Shown here: positions 1-9,901 of the stretch, piece after piece
How the letters are laid out: each line of letters starts with the position of its first letter
Numbering within the stretch: the first letter of the stretch is position 1
Source of the DNA: Fidelibacterota bacterium
GTDB taxonomy: Bacteria; Fidelibacterota; Fidelibacteria; Fidelibacterales; DSDE01
Assembly (NCBI GenBank): GCA_046735395.1
Contig: JBJKQR010000016.1
Span: 1,217-65,216 of the forward strand
Length of the DNA: 64,000 nt
Direction of reading: 5' to 3'
Made by a program: the position numbers and the translations under genes
The notes under the pieces: model-generated
The model's input: the letters and a program-made list of their open reading frames with translations, nothing else
Told to the model about the DNA's origin: nothing
The model's database searches: none

Positions 1-51
1 ACGGCGGAAAATGCTGACAAGACATTGGAAGAAAAACTGAAACTCAGATAG
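1..51 (+). CDS. 3' end of a gene, probably phosphate-binding protein PstS (partial)
   Basis: Frame 1 reads TAENADKTLEEKLKLR to TAG at 49-51, 12 bp before pstC. Identity is inferred only from position. Confidence 0.45.
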   Translation, partial: TAENADKTLEEKLKLR

Positions 52-63
52 GAAGTTAATTCA

Positions 64-978
64 TTGATTCAGAACAGATCTGAATTCAGTACAAAACGTT
101 GGATCAGAAATGCAGAGCCTTTCATCAAGGTTCTGCTTTTCATGGCGACGATTATTTCCGTAATCACCACTCTGGGTATCGTCATAATCCTGGTCCGCGA
201 ATCGTCCGGATTCTTCCGGGAAATTCCCCTCCACGACTTTCTGTTCGGAAAGAAATGGGCACCTCTGCTTCATCCCCAGTCCTTCGGCGTGCTGCCGCTG
301 CTGAGCGGAACCATGATGATCGTGCTGGGGGCGTCGCTCATCAGTATTCCCATCGGCCTGGTGACAGCCATCTATCTCAATGAGTACAGCAATGAAAAAT
401 TCCGGGCGATTGTCAAACCGGTGCTGGAAGTTCTGGCTGGGATTCCCACCATTGTATACGGGTATTTCGCGCTGACCTTCATTACGCCCATTCTGCAGAA
501 GATATTTCCCCAGACTCACATCTTCAATGCGGCGTCCGCATCCATCGTGGTGGGCGTCATGATTCTGCCCATGGTGGCCTCGCTCTGCGATGATGCCATC
601 AATGCCGTTCCCAAGTCGCTCCGGGAAGCGGCCTTTTCCATGGGAGCCATTCGTTTTGAAGTGGTGTGGCAGGTGACGGTTCCGGCGGCTCTGTCCGGGA
701 TTACCGCGTCCTTTGTGCTGGCCATCAGCCGGGCCATCGGTGAGACCATGGCCGTGACACTGGCGGCAGGCGCCACTCCGAAGCTGGGTATGAATTATCT
801 CGAATCCATTCAGACCATGACGGCTTATATTGTTCAGGTCAGCCTGGGTGATACGCCGGCGGGAGGCCTGGAATACAAGACCATCTTTGCCGTGGGAATT
901 CTGCTCTTTGCCATCACTCTGGTCATGAATATCATTGCCGGACGGGTGATGAGATATTTTCGCGAGGAATACGAATGA
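64..978 (+). CDS. pstC: Phosphate ABC transporter permease PstC
   Basis: Multi-TM protein with FGVLPLLSGT, LAGIPTIVYG, the EAA loop (LREAAFSMGA) and SRAIGETMAV; operon context. Confidence 0.96.
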   Translation: MIQNRSEFSTKRWIRNAEPFIKVLLFMATIISVITTLGIVIILVRESSGFFREIPLHDFLFGKKWAPLLHPQSFGVLPLLSGTMMIVLGASLISIPIGLVTAIYLNEYSNEKFRAIVKPVLEVLAGIPTIVYGYFALTFITPILQKIFPQTHIFNAASASIVVGVMILPMVASLCDDAINAVPKSLREAAFSMGAIRFEVVWQVTVPAALSGITASFVLAISRAIGETMAVTLAAGATPKLGMNYLESIQTMTAYIVQVSLGDTPAGGLEYKTIFAVGILLFAITLVMNIIAGRVMRYFREEYE

Positions 979-1853
979 AAAGTTCGAAAGATTTTGCCCG
1001 GCATCTGCGAAACCGGAAACGGAAGGAAACGATTTTTCGTGCAGTCGGTGTGGCCGCCACCTTTTTCAGCATCATCATGCTTATACTTCTGCTTATCCAT
1101 ATCACGCTCCAGGGAATTGGCTGGCTGAACTGGCATTTTCTGACTTCATTCCCCTCCCGTTTTCCGTCACGGGCCGGCCTCAAATCGGCATTATGGGGCT
1201 CGGTATGGCTCATGGCCTACGTGATTCTCATTGCCGTGCCGCTGGGAATTGCCTCCGCCCTCTATCTGGAGGAATACAAGGTGAAAGGCCGCCGGGGCCG
1301 ATTCATCGAACTGAATATTACAAATCTGACCGGTGTGCCCTCCATCATTTACGGCATGCTGGGCCTCACCGTGTTTGTCCGTTTCATGGGTATGGGACGA
1401 TCCGTACTCGCGGGAGCACTGACCATGTCCCTGCTGATCATGCCCGTTATCATTGTCGCCAGCCGGGAAGCGATCCGGGCTGTACCGCAGAGTATCCGAT
1501 CCGCAGCCTACGCGCTGGGAGCCACGCAGTGGCAGACCATCTTCTACCACGTGCTGCCGGCTTCCATTTCGGGTATTCTCACCGGGGTGATCCTCAGTAT
1601 TTCACGGGCCATCGGTGAAACCGCTCCGCTTATCATGATCGGTGCCCTGTCCTATGTGGCCTTTGTTCCAGGCGGACCCATGGATGAATTTACGGCATTG
1701 CCCATTCAGATCTTCAATTGGGCTGCACGGCCTCAGGCCGATTTTCAGAATCTGGCCGGAGCGGGGATCATCGTGCTGCTCATTCTGCTTTTGATCATGA
1801 ACTCACTGGCCATTCTCATTCGGGCCAAAGCCCAGAAAAAATACAAGTGGTAA
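975..1853 (+). CDS. pstA: Phosphate ABC transporter permease PstA
   Basis: [36 protein letters not shown]; ATGA overlap with pstC. Confidence 0.96.
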   Translation: MKSSKDFARHLRNRKRKETIFRAVGVAATFFSIIMLILLLIHITLQGIGWLNWHFLTSFPSRFPSRAGLKSALWGSVWLMAYVILIAVPLGIASALYLEEYKVKGRRGRFIELNITNLTGVPSIIYGMLGLTVFVRFMGMGRSVLAGALTMSLLIMPVIIVASREAIRAVPQSIRSAAYALGATQWQTIFYHVLPASISGILTGVILSISRAIGETAPLIMIGALSYVAFVPGGPMDEFTALPIQIFNWAARPQADFQNLAGAGIIVLLILLLIMNSLAILIRAKAQKKYKW

Positions 1854-1854
1854 T

Positions 1855-2628
1855 ATGAAGACACAGCAAATACCTGACGAAAATGTGGTTCTCGAAACGA
1901 GGGATCTCCATCTGAAATACGGCGAGAAGACGGCAATCGAGCCCATATCCGCCCGTTTCGAGAAAAACCGCATCACGGCTCTGATCGGCCCCAGCGGCTG
2001 CGGAAAAAGCACACTGCTCCGGACCTTCAACCGGATGAATGATTTCATTGATAATTTTTCCCACACGGGACAGGTCCTCTTCGAAAACCAGGATATCTAT
2101 GACCGCAGCGCGGATCCGGTGGAAATCCGCCGTCGCATCGGCATGGTTTTTCAGAAACCCAATCCCTTTCCCAAATCCATCTACAATAATATTGTCTGGG
2201 GGCCGAAGGTTAATGGCTATCACGGAAATTTTGATGATCTGGTGGAGGAAAGCCTCACCGGTGCGGGCCTGTGGGATGAGGTGAAGGACCGGCTCCGGGA
2301 TTCAGCCCTGGCTCTGTCCGGGGGCCAGCAGCAGCGGCTCTGCATCGCCCGGGCCATTGCCATGAAACCGGAAGTCATTCTCATGGATGAACCGGCCTCA
2401 GCGCTCGATCCTAAAAGTACCTTGAAAATTGAAGATCTCATGTCTGAACTGGTGAAAAACTACAGTATTCTCATCGTGACCCACAACATGCAGCAGGCGG
2501 CGCGAATTTCCGACCGGACCCTGTTTCTCTATGAGGGCCGGATGATCGAATATGGTGAGACGGAAAATCTCTTTACCCGTCCGGAACAGAAAATGACCGA
2601 AGATTATATAACCGGCCGTTTCGGCTGA
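1855..2628 (+). CDS. pstB: Phosphate ABC transporter ATPase PstB
   Basis: Walker [23 protein letters not shown], signature [14 protein letters not shown]-terminal YITGRFG. Confidence 0.97.
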   Translation: MKTQQIPDENVVLETRDLHLKYGEKTAIEPISARFEKNRITALIGPSGCGKSTLLRTFNRMNDFIDNFSHTGQVLFENQDIYDRSADPVEIRRRIGMVFQKPNPFPKSIYNNIVWGPKVNGYHGNFDDLVEESLTGAGLWDEVKDRLRDSALALSGGQQQRLCIARAIAMKPEVILMDEPASALDPKSTLKIEDLMSELVKNYSILIVTHNMQQAARISDRTLFLYEGRMIEYGETENLFTRPEQKMTEDYITGRFG

Positions 2629-2641
2629 AAGGACCGAATTT

Positions 2642-3313
2642 ATGTCAGTTCATCTGAAAAAGGAAGTGGACAAACTGAACCGGATGGTCATGCTGGTGGC
2701 CGCCGAAGTGGAAAAGAACCTGGTCAATGTGATTACCGCGCTGCGTGAAGGTGATGCGGAGCTGGCGGACAAGGTGGTGAAGGCCGATGTGAATATTGAT
2801 CAGCTGGAGGTGGAGACCGAGGAGGAATGCCTGAAAACCCTGGCGCTGTACCAGCCGGTGGCCAATGATCTCCGCTATATCGTCGCTGTGCTCAAGATCA
2901 ATAATGACCTGGAACGGATCGGAGATCTGGCTGCCAATATTGCCAAATCCGTCAAGAATCTGAAAAAGGCCGTGTCCTCGGATTACAAGGTCCCCGACCA
3001 GATCTTTGTTATGGGTGAACGCATCCGGGTCATGCTGAGGGAAGGATTGAATTCTCTTGTCAATCTGGATACGGTGAAGGCCATCAGCGTCTGCGAATCG
3101 GATAATGAAGTGGATAAGATTTATTACGAAATGTATGATTATGTCATCCGTGAGTCGGAAACAAACAAGGTTCCGGTGGGCGGACTGCTGCAGGTGCTCA
3201 TCATTGCCCGCTACATGGAACGCATTGCCGATCATGCCACCAATATTGCCGAAGACGTGTATTATCTCGTCAAGGGCGAAATCAACCGGCATAACCGACT
3301 GAATCGGGAATAA
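2642..3313 (+). CDS. phoU: Phosphate signalling protein PhoU
   Basis: QPVANDLR, DLERIGDLAANIA and ERIADHATNIAE repeats. Confidence 0.96.
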   Translation: MSVHLKKEVDKLNRMVMLVAAEVEKNLVNVITALREGDAELADKVVKADVNIDQLEVETEEECLKTLALYQPVANDLRYIVAVLKINNDLERIGDLAANIAKSVKNLKKAVSSDYKVPDQIFVMGERIRVMLREGLNSLVNLDTVKAISVCESDNEVDKIYYEMYDYVIRESETNKVPVGGLLQVLIIARYMERIADHATNIAEDVYYLVKGEINRHNRLNRE

Positions 3314-3361
3314 TCCGTTTTCGCACCCTTCCGGGGGAAGCGAAAAACTTCACATAAAAAT

Positions 3362-3395
3362 AAAAAACCCGAAGCGGCAGCCGTTTCGGGTTTTT
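3362..3395. terminator. Bidirectional intrinsic terminator between phoU and the AKR gene
   Basis: AAAAAA-CCCGAAGCGG...CCGTTTCGGG-TTTTT hairpin with A and T tails, between convergent genes. Confidence 0.85.
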
Positions 3396-3434
3396 GCATT
3401 TATGGGGATAAATTGAGCTTGTGAACCGTCCTGC

Positions 3435-4391
3435 TCAGAGGGCGGGAATGAGGTGAGCCGGAATGGGGTCCATCGCGCCCACAGATGAATTTTCTCTCAC
3501 CTGTTCCGGAGTCTTCGCGCCCGGAATGACGGTATGACAGGCCGGATGGGAGATGCAGAAGCGGAGTGACACCTGCGCCATGGACTGCTCCGGATAGGCT
3601 TCAAAAAGCGGCCGCATTTTTGCCAGGCCCTTCTGGTACTCGACGATTTTTTCGGGAGACAGGTTCATGGACCGGTGATCTTCCGGGCTGAAGCGTGTGT
3701 TCTCATCAAATTTCCCGGAAAGGAATCCGAAAAGAATGGGAATGCGGACAATGATGCCGATTCCGTATTCCATTGCTTTAGGAAAGAGAATCTTCTCCGC
3801 CTCCCGCTCCAGAAGGTTGTAACGGACCTGAAGGCTGTCCAGCAGGTCGTGATGGCGGTCCAGAAGATGAGCCTGTTCGCTTTCCTTGAAACTCTGTATG
3901 CTCAGGCCGGCATGGATGATTTTTCCATCCTTCTTCAGCTGCTCCAGAGCTTCCCAGGGTTCATCGCGTTCCAGTTTGTCCAGATCGGGGCTGTGAAGCT
4001 GCAGCAGGTCGATTGCTTCCACGCCGAGACGTTTCAGGCTTTTTTCCGCCGCCTCGATCAGGTATTCCTTTTTGTAATTCTGCTGAATGGGCCCATAGCC
4101 TTCATCATCGTCTCCGGATGCGTAATAGAAATCATTGCCGGCTTTGGTGGCGACGATGACGTCCTTTTTACCGCGCTCCCGGATCAGCCGGGCAATCAGC
4201 TCCTCCGAATGTCCGAAACCGTAGGCATCGGCGGTATCGATGAAGGTTACGCCCTGATCCAGCGCTTCATTGAGTGCCCGCATGGACACGGCGTCGTCTG
4301 TGGGCCCCCAGTTCATGCCACCGATGGCCCAGGCTCCAAACCCCACTCTCGAGACAAGCGGTCCCCGTTTTCCCAGCGTATTTGTCTTCAT
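3435..4391 (-). CDS. Aldo/keto reductase
   Basis: GFGAWAIGG, FIDTADAYGFGHSE, ATK, SLKRLGVEAIDLLQLH, IPGAKTPEQV. Confidence 0.93.
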   Translation of the reverse strand: MKTNTLGKRGPLVSRVGFGAWAIGGMNWGPTDDAVSMRALNEALDQGVTFIDTADAYGFGHSEELIARLIRERGKKDVIVATKAGNDFYYASGDDDEGYGPIQQNYKKEYLIEAAEKSLKRLGVEAIDLLQLHSPDLDKLERDEPWEALEQLKKDGKIIHAGLSIQSFKESEQAHLLDRHHDLLDSLQVRYNLLEREAEKILFPKAMEYGIGIIVRIPILFGFLSGKFDENTRFSPEDHRSMNLSPEKIVEYQKGLAKMRPLFEAYPEQSMAQVSLRFCISHPACHTVIPGAKTPEQVRENSSVGAMDPIPAHLIPAL

Positions 4392-4879
4392 GATTCCCGT
4401 CCTTTCTGATCTGCCTCATCTCCGGCAATTCGTTGTTTCAGTGTTGAAGTAAAAGTTTGCATGATATCGTATTCCATAATATCGGCCAGGGTAAGGCGCT
4501 TCATCATGGCGTCCATGACAGCCTGGGCGCTGTACCAGAGATTTCGTACGGTACAGTCGCTGAAATGGCTGCATACATCGGTGGCGCCGCTGAATTTGGT
4601 ACAGAAGTCCTGATCATAGAGCCGGCCGCCCAGGCCTTCCAGAACCCGGGCAACGGAAATAGTCTCCGGTGCACCGGCCAGCAGATACCCGCCCTTTTTT
4701 CCGCGGGTGCTCACGATGAAGCCCTGCATGCGCAATAATCGGAGTATCTTGGCCGTCTGGTGTTCACTCAGCCCTTCCTGTTCGCTGATTTCAGGAATGG
4801 TAAGGCCCTCGTCCTTCCGGTTCCTGGCCAGCTGTATCAGGCAGCGCAGGCCGTATTCTTCAGTTGATGAAAATTTCAT
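4388..4879 (-). CDS. Rrf2-family transcriptional regulator with three C-terminal Cys (IscR/SUF-regulator-like)
   Basis: EEYGLRCLIQLA, STRGKKGGYLLA wing, C-X9-C-X5-C motif (CTKFSGATDVCSHFSDC). Confidence 0.9.
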   Translation of the reverse strand: MKFSSTEEYGLRCLIQLARNRKDEGLTIPEISEQEGLSEHQTAKILRLLRMQGFIVSTRGKKGGYLLAGAPETISVARVLEGLGGRLYDQDFCTKFSGATDVCSHFSDCTVRNLWYSAQAVMDAMMKRLTLADIMEYDIMQTFTSTLKQRIAGDEADQKGRES

Positions 4880-4920
4880 TCCTGAACTCCCCGGTTATTC
4901 CGGCTTCTGTTTTGGACGGA

Positions 4921-5244
4921 TCAGTCGAAAATTCCCAGCTCAAGCTTGCCGGCATCGCTGATCATATCCTTGTTCCACATCGGTTCCCAGACAAGGTTAA
5001 CCTGTACATAGTCCGGGGCATTGGGTATCATGGCGACCTTGCTCTTCACCTGAGCGACAATGCTGTCCGAAACAGGGCAGGTGGGGGAGGTGAGGGTCAT
5101 GTCGATATCCACCCTGTTATCCTGGATGTCAATCCTGTAAACCAGGCCCAGATCATAGATATTCACCGGGATTTCCGGATCGAATACGCTTTTCAGCATT
5201 TCGATGACCTGCATTTCCAGCCGTTGTTTTGCTCTCTCTTCCAT
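4921..5244 (-). CDS. sufT: Fe-S assembly protein SufT/PaaD (DUF59)
   Basis: DPEIPVNIYDLGLVY, MTLTSPTCP, LVWEPMW. Confidence 0.9.
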   Translation of the reverse strand: MEERAKQRLEMQVIEMLKSVFDPEIPVNIYDLGLVYRIDIQDNRVDIDMTLTSPTCPVSDSIVAQVKSKVAMIPNAPDYVQVNLVWEPMWNKDMISDAGKLELGIFD

Positions 5245-5335
5245 CGCTCTATCCTGTTTGCTGAGTCATCCGTACAACGGAGATCGTAAGTGCTAAAATT
5301 GTTTGTGTCATGCTTTGTGATTCCGGGTTGCCGTA

Positions 5336-5785
5336 TTATTCCTCGGTGCTGCTGACATCCGAACTCTTGTCGAGGGCATTTTTCAGGGTATGCCAGGCGA
5401 GGGCGGCACATTTGACCCGGGACGGGTAATTGCGGACACCGGAAAAGACGGACAGCTTGCCCATTTCGGCCATATCCGGATCCAGCCTGCCGGTGATAAT
5501 ATCGTGGAATTGGGTGCTGAGTTCTTCAACTTCTTCGAGCCGCTTTCCCTTCACCAGTTCGGTCATCAGGGAGGCGGAGGACTGGGATATGGCGCAGCCG
5601 CTGCCCTGAAAGGAGGCATCTTCCACAATGCCGTCCCTGACGGTCAGGTAAACATCGATCTTGTCGCCGCAGAGAGGATTGTGTCCGGCCGCCTGATGAT
5701 CCGTATCGCTGATGATGCGATGGTTTCTCGGTTTGCGGCTGTGATCGAGAATGATTTGCTGATACAGTTCGTTGAATTCGCTCAT
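5336..5785 (-). CDS. sufU: SUF-system NifU-like sulfur transfer protein SufU
   Basis: LYQQIILDH, NPLCGD, GCAISQSSAS, RVKCAALAW with the SufU-type insertion. Confidence 0.93.
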   Translation of the reverse strand: MSEFNELYQQIILDHSRKPRNHRIISDTDHQAAGHNPLCGDKIDVYLTVRDGIVEDASFQGSGCAISQSSASLMTELVKGKRLEEVEELSTQFHDIITGRLDPDMAEMGKLSVFSGVRNYPSRVKCAALAWHTLKNALDKSSDVSSTEE

Positions 5786-5824
5786 CGTTGTTTCCTGATT
5801 TTTAATTACCGGGAGCCGGCCGCT

Positions 5825-7048
5825 TTATCCGTTAAAAAGTCGAACAACATCAAGCAGCGCGTCCCGGAGGCGGTCTATGTCCTCAGTCGTATTGTAGAGT
5901 CCCAGAGATGCCCGGGTTGTGGCGGGAATACCGAAATAATCCATGACGGGCTGCGTGCAGTGGTGGCCTGTGCGGACCGCCACACCGCGGTCGTCCAGAA
6001 GCGTGCCCACGTCGTGGGGATGAATGTCCTGCAGCGTGAAGGATATGACGGATGCGCGGTGGGCCGCTGTTCCCACAAAAGTCAGGCCCGGGATATCCCC
6101 GAGGCGCTTCAGCGCATAGTTCATGAGTTTGCTTTCATGGTCTGCCAGCGTATCAAATCCGATCTGTTTCAGATAATCGATTGCGGCTGCAAATCCGACA
6201 GATCCGGCCATGTCGGGGGTCCCTGCTTCGAAGCGGTGGGGCAGATCGTTATACAGCGTTTTTTCGAAGGTGACGGAGAGGATCATGTCCCCGCCGCTCT
6301 GATAGGGATCCATGTCCTTCAGGACCGATTCCCGCGCGTAGAGGGCGCCGATTCCGCTGGGCCCGTACATTTTATGAGCGCTCAATGTATAAAAATCACA
6401 GTCCAGATTGCGGACATCCACGGTCATATGAGCGGCTGCCTGAGCTCCGTCCGCCAGAAACAGGGCGCCATGCTCGTGGGCGAGGGCGGCCATGCCGCGG
6501 ATATCATTGATGGTCCCCAGTGAATTGCTGAGATGCACGCAGCCGACCAGGCGGGTTTTCTGACCCAGCAGAGTGCGGTACGCATCCATATCGAGTTCGC
6601 CGTTTGCCAGCATGGGGATGACTTTCAGTATTGCTCCCTTTTCACTGCAGATCCGCTGCCAGGGAACGATATCGCTGTGATGCTCCATGGCAGAGATAAG
6701 CACTTCATCTCCCGGTTTCAGATGTCGGCCTCCCCAGGACCGGGCAACCAGATTGATGGCCTCCGTGGCGCCGCGAACAAAAATGATTTCCCGGTTCGAG
6801 GCAGCATTCAGAAAGGAGCGGATCTTTTCCCGGGCACCTTCATAGGCATCCGTGGCCCTCCGGGATAATTCATGAACACCTCGGTGAACATTGGCATAAT
6901 CTGTCCGGTAAAAATGGCTGATGGCGTCAATGACCTGAATGGGTTTCTGCGTACTGGCCGCATTGTCCAGATAAACAAGCGGATGTCCCTTTATGGTCTG
7001 TGACAGGATGGGAAAATCTTTGCGCAGGTCATGTGTTTCCGCTTTCAT
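5825..7048 (-). CDS. sufS: Cysteine desulfurase SufS (start revised to ATG at 7048)
   Basis: YLDNAASTQKP, SAHKMYGPSG (PLP Lys), VRTGHHCTQP (group II catalytic Cys). Confidence 0.95.
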   Translation of the reverse strand: MKAETHDLRKDFPILSQTIKGHPLVYLDNAASTQKPIQVIDAISHFYRTDYANVHRGVHELSRRATDAYEGAREKIRSFLNAASNREIIFVRGATEAINLVARSWGGRHLKPGDEVLISAMEHHSDIVPWQRICSEKGAILKVIPMLANGELDMDAYRTLLGQKTRLVGCVHLSNSLGTINDIRGMAALAHEHGALFLADGAQAAAHMTVDVRNLDCDFYTLSAHKMYGPSGIGALYARESVLKDMDPYQSGGDMILSVTFEKTLYNDLPHRFEAGTPDMAGSVGFAAAIDYLKQIGFDTLADHESKLMNYALKRLGDIPGLTFVGTAAHRASVISFTLQDIHPHDVGTLLDDRGVAVRTGHHCTQPVMDYFGIPATTRASLGLYNTTEDIDRLRDALLDVVRLFNG

Positions 7049-7184
7049 GGCGCAAACATACTTAAATCTGGACAAAAAAGTCAAGATAAAAAGATGTCGA
7101 TTTTCAGGGCCGGAATTCAGGAATCATGAAGATGAAAAGAAAATTCCCCCTGTACAGGGAAAAGCGTATATTTCGTAAAAGACA

Positions 7185-8192
7185 GTGGAGATCCGGGTGA
7201 AGCAGATTACGCCGAAGACCATTCTTGCCCTGGCAGTGATTCTGCTGGCAGTGGGAAGTGTCGGCTATCATCTTATTGAAGGCTGGAGTCTTTTTGATTC
7301 CTTTTACATGACGGTCATTACCATTTCTACCGTGGGCTATCGGGAAATGGGGGACATGAGCGAACCCGGACGCCTGTGGACCATCACCCTGATTATTGTC
7401 GGCGTATCCATGGCGGCTTTTATTGTAGCCCGGTTTACCGAACAGCTGGCGGATGTCATTCGCTACAGGAGGAGAAAGATGCTGAGGCGAATTGAAAAAC
7501 TGAAGGATCATTACATCATCTGCGGCTACGGCCGCATCGGCAGAGTGATAGCTGAAGAATTAAAGCGCAGCGGCAGCCGGTTCGTCATCATTGAGCGGAA
7601 CACGGAGCAGCTTGAGGATCTTGATGCGGAAACGATGCTGTATCTGAATGCCAATGCGGTGGATGAGGATGTACTGCTTCAGGCCAATATCCGGGATGCG
7701 CGCGGCCTGGTTTCAGTCATTGATTCCGATGCGGAAAATGTCTTTCTCACGCTGGTGGCGAGGGAATTGAATCCGGACTTGTTTATTGTTGCCCGGTCTG
7801 TTGATCCGGCTGCGACCCTGAGAATCCGCAAGGCCGGGGCCAATAAGGTGCTCAATCCCTATAACCTGAGCGGCTATCGGATGGCCCAGATGCTGATCAA
7901 TCCCAAAGTGAATGAATTTGTGGACATGCTCCGGGAGGATTCACATCTGGGAATGAGCATTGAGGAGGTTCTGATCAGTCTGGACAGCAGCATGGCCGAC
8001 CGCAGTATCGCCGAGATCAATTTTCGAAAGAATTATTCCATCCTGATTACGGGCATTATCCGCCGCAGCGGAGAGCTGCTCTTCAATCCTGCGCCGGATA
8101 CGCTCATCGAAGCAGGGGACAGTCTCATCGCCATCGGGAAAAAACAGGACATCGGCGAGCTCAAGCACGCCGCCGCCAAATCGGTCAATTAA
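7185..8192 (+). CDS. 2-TM potassium channel with RCK (TrkA-N/TrkA-C) domains, MthK/Kch-like
   Basis: TM-pore-TM with TISTVGYRE filter, HYIICGYGRIG Rossmann, C-terminal NPAPDTLIEAGDSLIAIG. Confidence 0.9.
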   Translation: MEIRVKQITPKTILALAVILLAVGSVGYHLIEGWSLFDSFYMTVITISTVGYREMGDMSEPGRLWTITLIIVGVSMAAFIVARFTEQLADVIRYRRRKMLRRIEKLKDHYIICGYGRIGRVIAEELKRSGSRFVIIERNTEQLEDLDAETMLYLNANAVDEDVLLQANIRDARGLVSVIDSDAENVFLTLVARELNPDLFIVARSVDPAATLRIRKAGANKVLNPYNLSGYRMAQMLINPKVNEFVDMLREDSHLGMSIEEVLISLDSSMADRSIAEINFRKNYSILITGIIRRSGELLFNPAPDTLIEAGDSLIAIGKKQDIGELKHAAAKSVN

Positions 8193-8207
8193 CGGATATT
8201 ATCAGAA

Positions 8208-8594
8208 TTATTTACCTATTGAATCTTTACCGAGGATATCACCCACACAGCTCAGGAGTTCGTCACCGGAGAAGGGCTTGCCTATCATCTTTTCGGCGCC
8301 GATTTTACTTGCGACTTCCAGATATTGGGGCGAGGACGTTCTTCCTCCGCCCGAAATGGCAATGATATGGGTTTCCGGATAGTGGGATGAAATGTGGTTT
8401 ATCAGTTCAAATCCTTCAATATCAGGCATGATGATGTCGGTAATCACCAGTTCAAAGGCCTTTTCTTTCAGTGCTTGCATGGCATCCTGGCCGTTGGCGG
8501 CTGTTGTGACGCTGTTTTTCGTCAGCCGCGTCAGGGTTTTTTCCATGGCCTTTAATACGGCTGTATCGTCATCAACTAATAGTATTGCTGCCAC
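8208..8594 (-). CDS. Single-domain response regulator (REC); start revised to GTG at 8594
   Basis: ILLVDDD, ITDIIMPDIEG, IAISGGG, KPF; AAGGA lies upstream of the GTG. Confidence 0.88.
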   Translation of the reverse strand: MAAILLVDDDTAVLKAMEKTLTRLTKNSVTTAANGQDAMQALKEKAFELVITDIIMPDIEGFELINHISSHYPETHIIAISGGGRTSSPQYLEVASKIGAEKMIGKPFSGDELLSCVGDILGKDSIGK

Positions 8595-8726
8595 TCTGTA
8601 TCCTTTCCATTCCGGGTTCACGAACTTTTATGTAAATTCCATCGAATCTTAAAGGATTTATGGAAAAATGACAATCAAAACCTTTTCAATCAGGAGTAAT
8701 TTTTACGTGGAAGGGGTGAGGAGAAA

Positions 8727-9248
8727 ATGAATTCCGGCCGGCTGCAGATATCAGAGGAATTGCTGACAGCGTTTCTTGCGCGGCTGGGAACTCTGAGTAA
8801 AACGGTGGATCTGCCGCTGCTGGGACCCCGAAAATTATCCATCCGCCCCGCTCTGCTGCGTCTGGACAGGGATCGGCTCGAGCTTCCCGTTTTTCGTTCA
8901 GATGAGGAGGAGCCCTCGCCCCGGGAATATTTTAGGATCAGTCTGACCGGTTTTCGGCTGCAGAACGGCCTTCTGTGCCTCACACCATCCGTAGAGGGAC
9001 ACCGGCTGCTCTCCGTTTCGGTGAATGTGCTGTTCAGGCTGCTGCACTCCTTTCTGGGAAAAAAACTGATGTCTGCGGCCGGAATGGATGCCGGGACGCT
9101 GTTCCGCGGGAAGGGGCGGGAACTTCAGATTGATCTGCGCTCACTCCTGGAATCACTGGACTTGTCAGATATTCAAATTGAGGAATTTCACATCGACGGG
9201 GGGCTTGATCTCCGGATTTCCCTTCGATCCATACCCCCTTTTCCTTAA
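8727..9248 (+). CDS. Hypothetical protein
   Basis: 173-aa ORF with a GAGGAG RBS that fills the gap; no recognisable motif. Confidence 0.5.
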   Translation: MNSGRLQISEELLTAFLARLGTLSKTVDLPLLGPRKLSIRPALLRLDRDRLELPVFRSDEEEPSPREYFRISLTGFRLQNGLLCLTPSVEGHRLLSVSVNVLFRLLHSFLGKKLMSAAGMDAGTLFRGKGRELQIDLRSLLESLDLSDIQIEEFHIDGGLDLRISLRSIPPFP

Positions 9249-9463
9249 ATAATTATTCCTTCACGGGCTGATATGTCAATCATCGTTGACGCTTGTTGCC
9301 ATTGGTTGACACTGGTGTATATACCGCTGATAATAAAACAGTTATGATGTTTGGATACGACCTATTGTCAACTTGTGTCGCTGTTTATGACAAATAATGG
9401 GTCAAATTAAGTAACTCGTTATTATACAATGAGATATATGTCGATTTGTATAGTATTACTATC

Positions 9464-9478
9464 TGGCATAGTTGTTGA
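9464..9478 (+). promoter_or_regulatory. Putative sigma54 (-24/-12) promoter of the REC-cheW-MCP operon
   Basis: TGGCAT-AGTTG-TTGA versus consensus TGGCAC-N5-TTGC, in an AT-rich region with upstream GTCAA/TTGAC repeats. Confidence 0.5.
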
Positions 9479-9514
9479 AGTGGTTGAAATTAATGAAAAA
9501 ATGAGACTAAGTAT

Positions 9515-9901
9515 ATGATGTGTCTGATTGTCGAGGATGAAGCTCCGACGAGATTTGCCTTTAAACTGACTCTGGAAAAATTCGGGTACGAAGTCATGGA
9601 GGCCGAAGATGCCATGATTGCCTATTACCTGATACAGAATCTTATCAAATCGGAAAAGACTCTGGATTTTATTCTTCTGGATCTGTATCTGCCTTCAGTC
9701 AGCGGGCTTGATCTGATTGACAAACTGAAGGAAGAGGGCGTTTCCATTCCCCTGCTGGTGACATCAGGATTTCTGACACCGGTTGTACGCAGGGAGCTGG
9801 AAGCGCGGGATATTGAATTTATTCTTCCCAAGCCATTCAAACCGGATCGGCTTGAGCAAATAATTGAACAGATTAAGAACAAAAAGCGGAGGACGATATG
9901 A
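9515..9901 (+). CDS. Single-domain response regulator (CheY-like REC)
   Basis: LIVEDE, ILLDLYLPSVSG, VTSG, LPKPF; ATGA overlap with cheW. Confidence 0.88.
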   Translation: MMCLIVEDEAPTRFAFKLTLEKFGYEVMEAEDAMIAYYLIQNLIKSEKTLDFILLDLYLPSVSGLDLIDKLKEEGVSIPLLVTSGFLTPVVRRELEARDIEFILPKPFKPDRLEQIIEQIKNKKRRTI

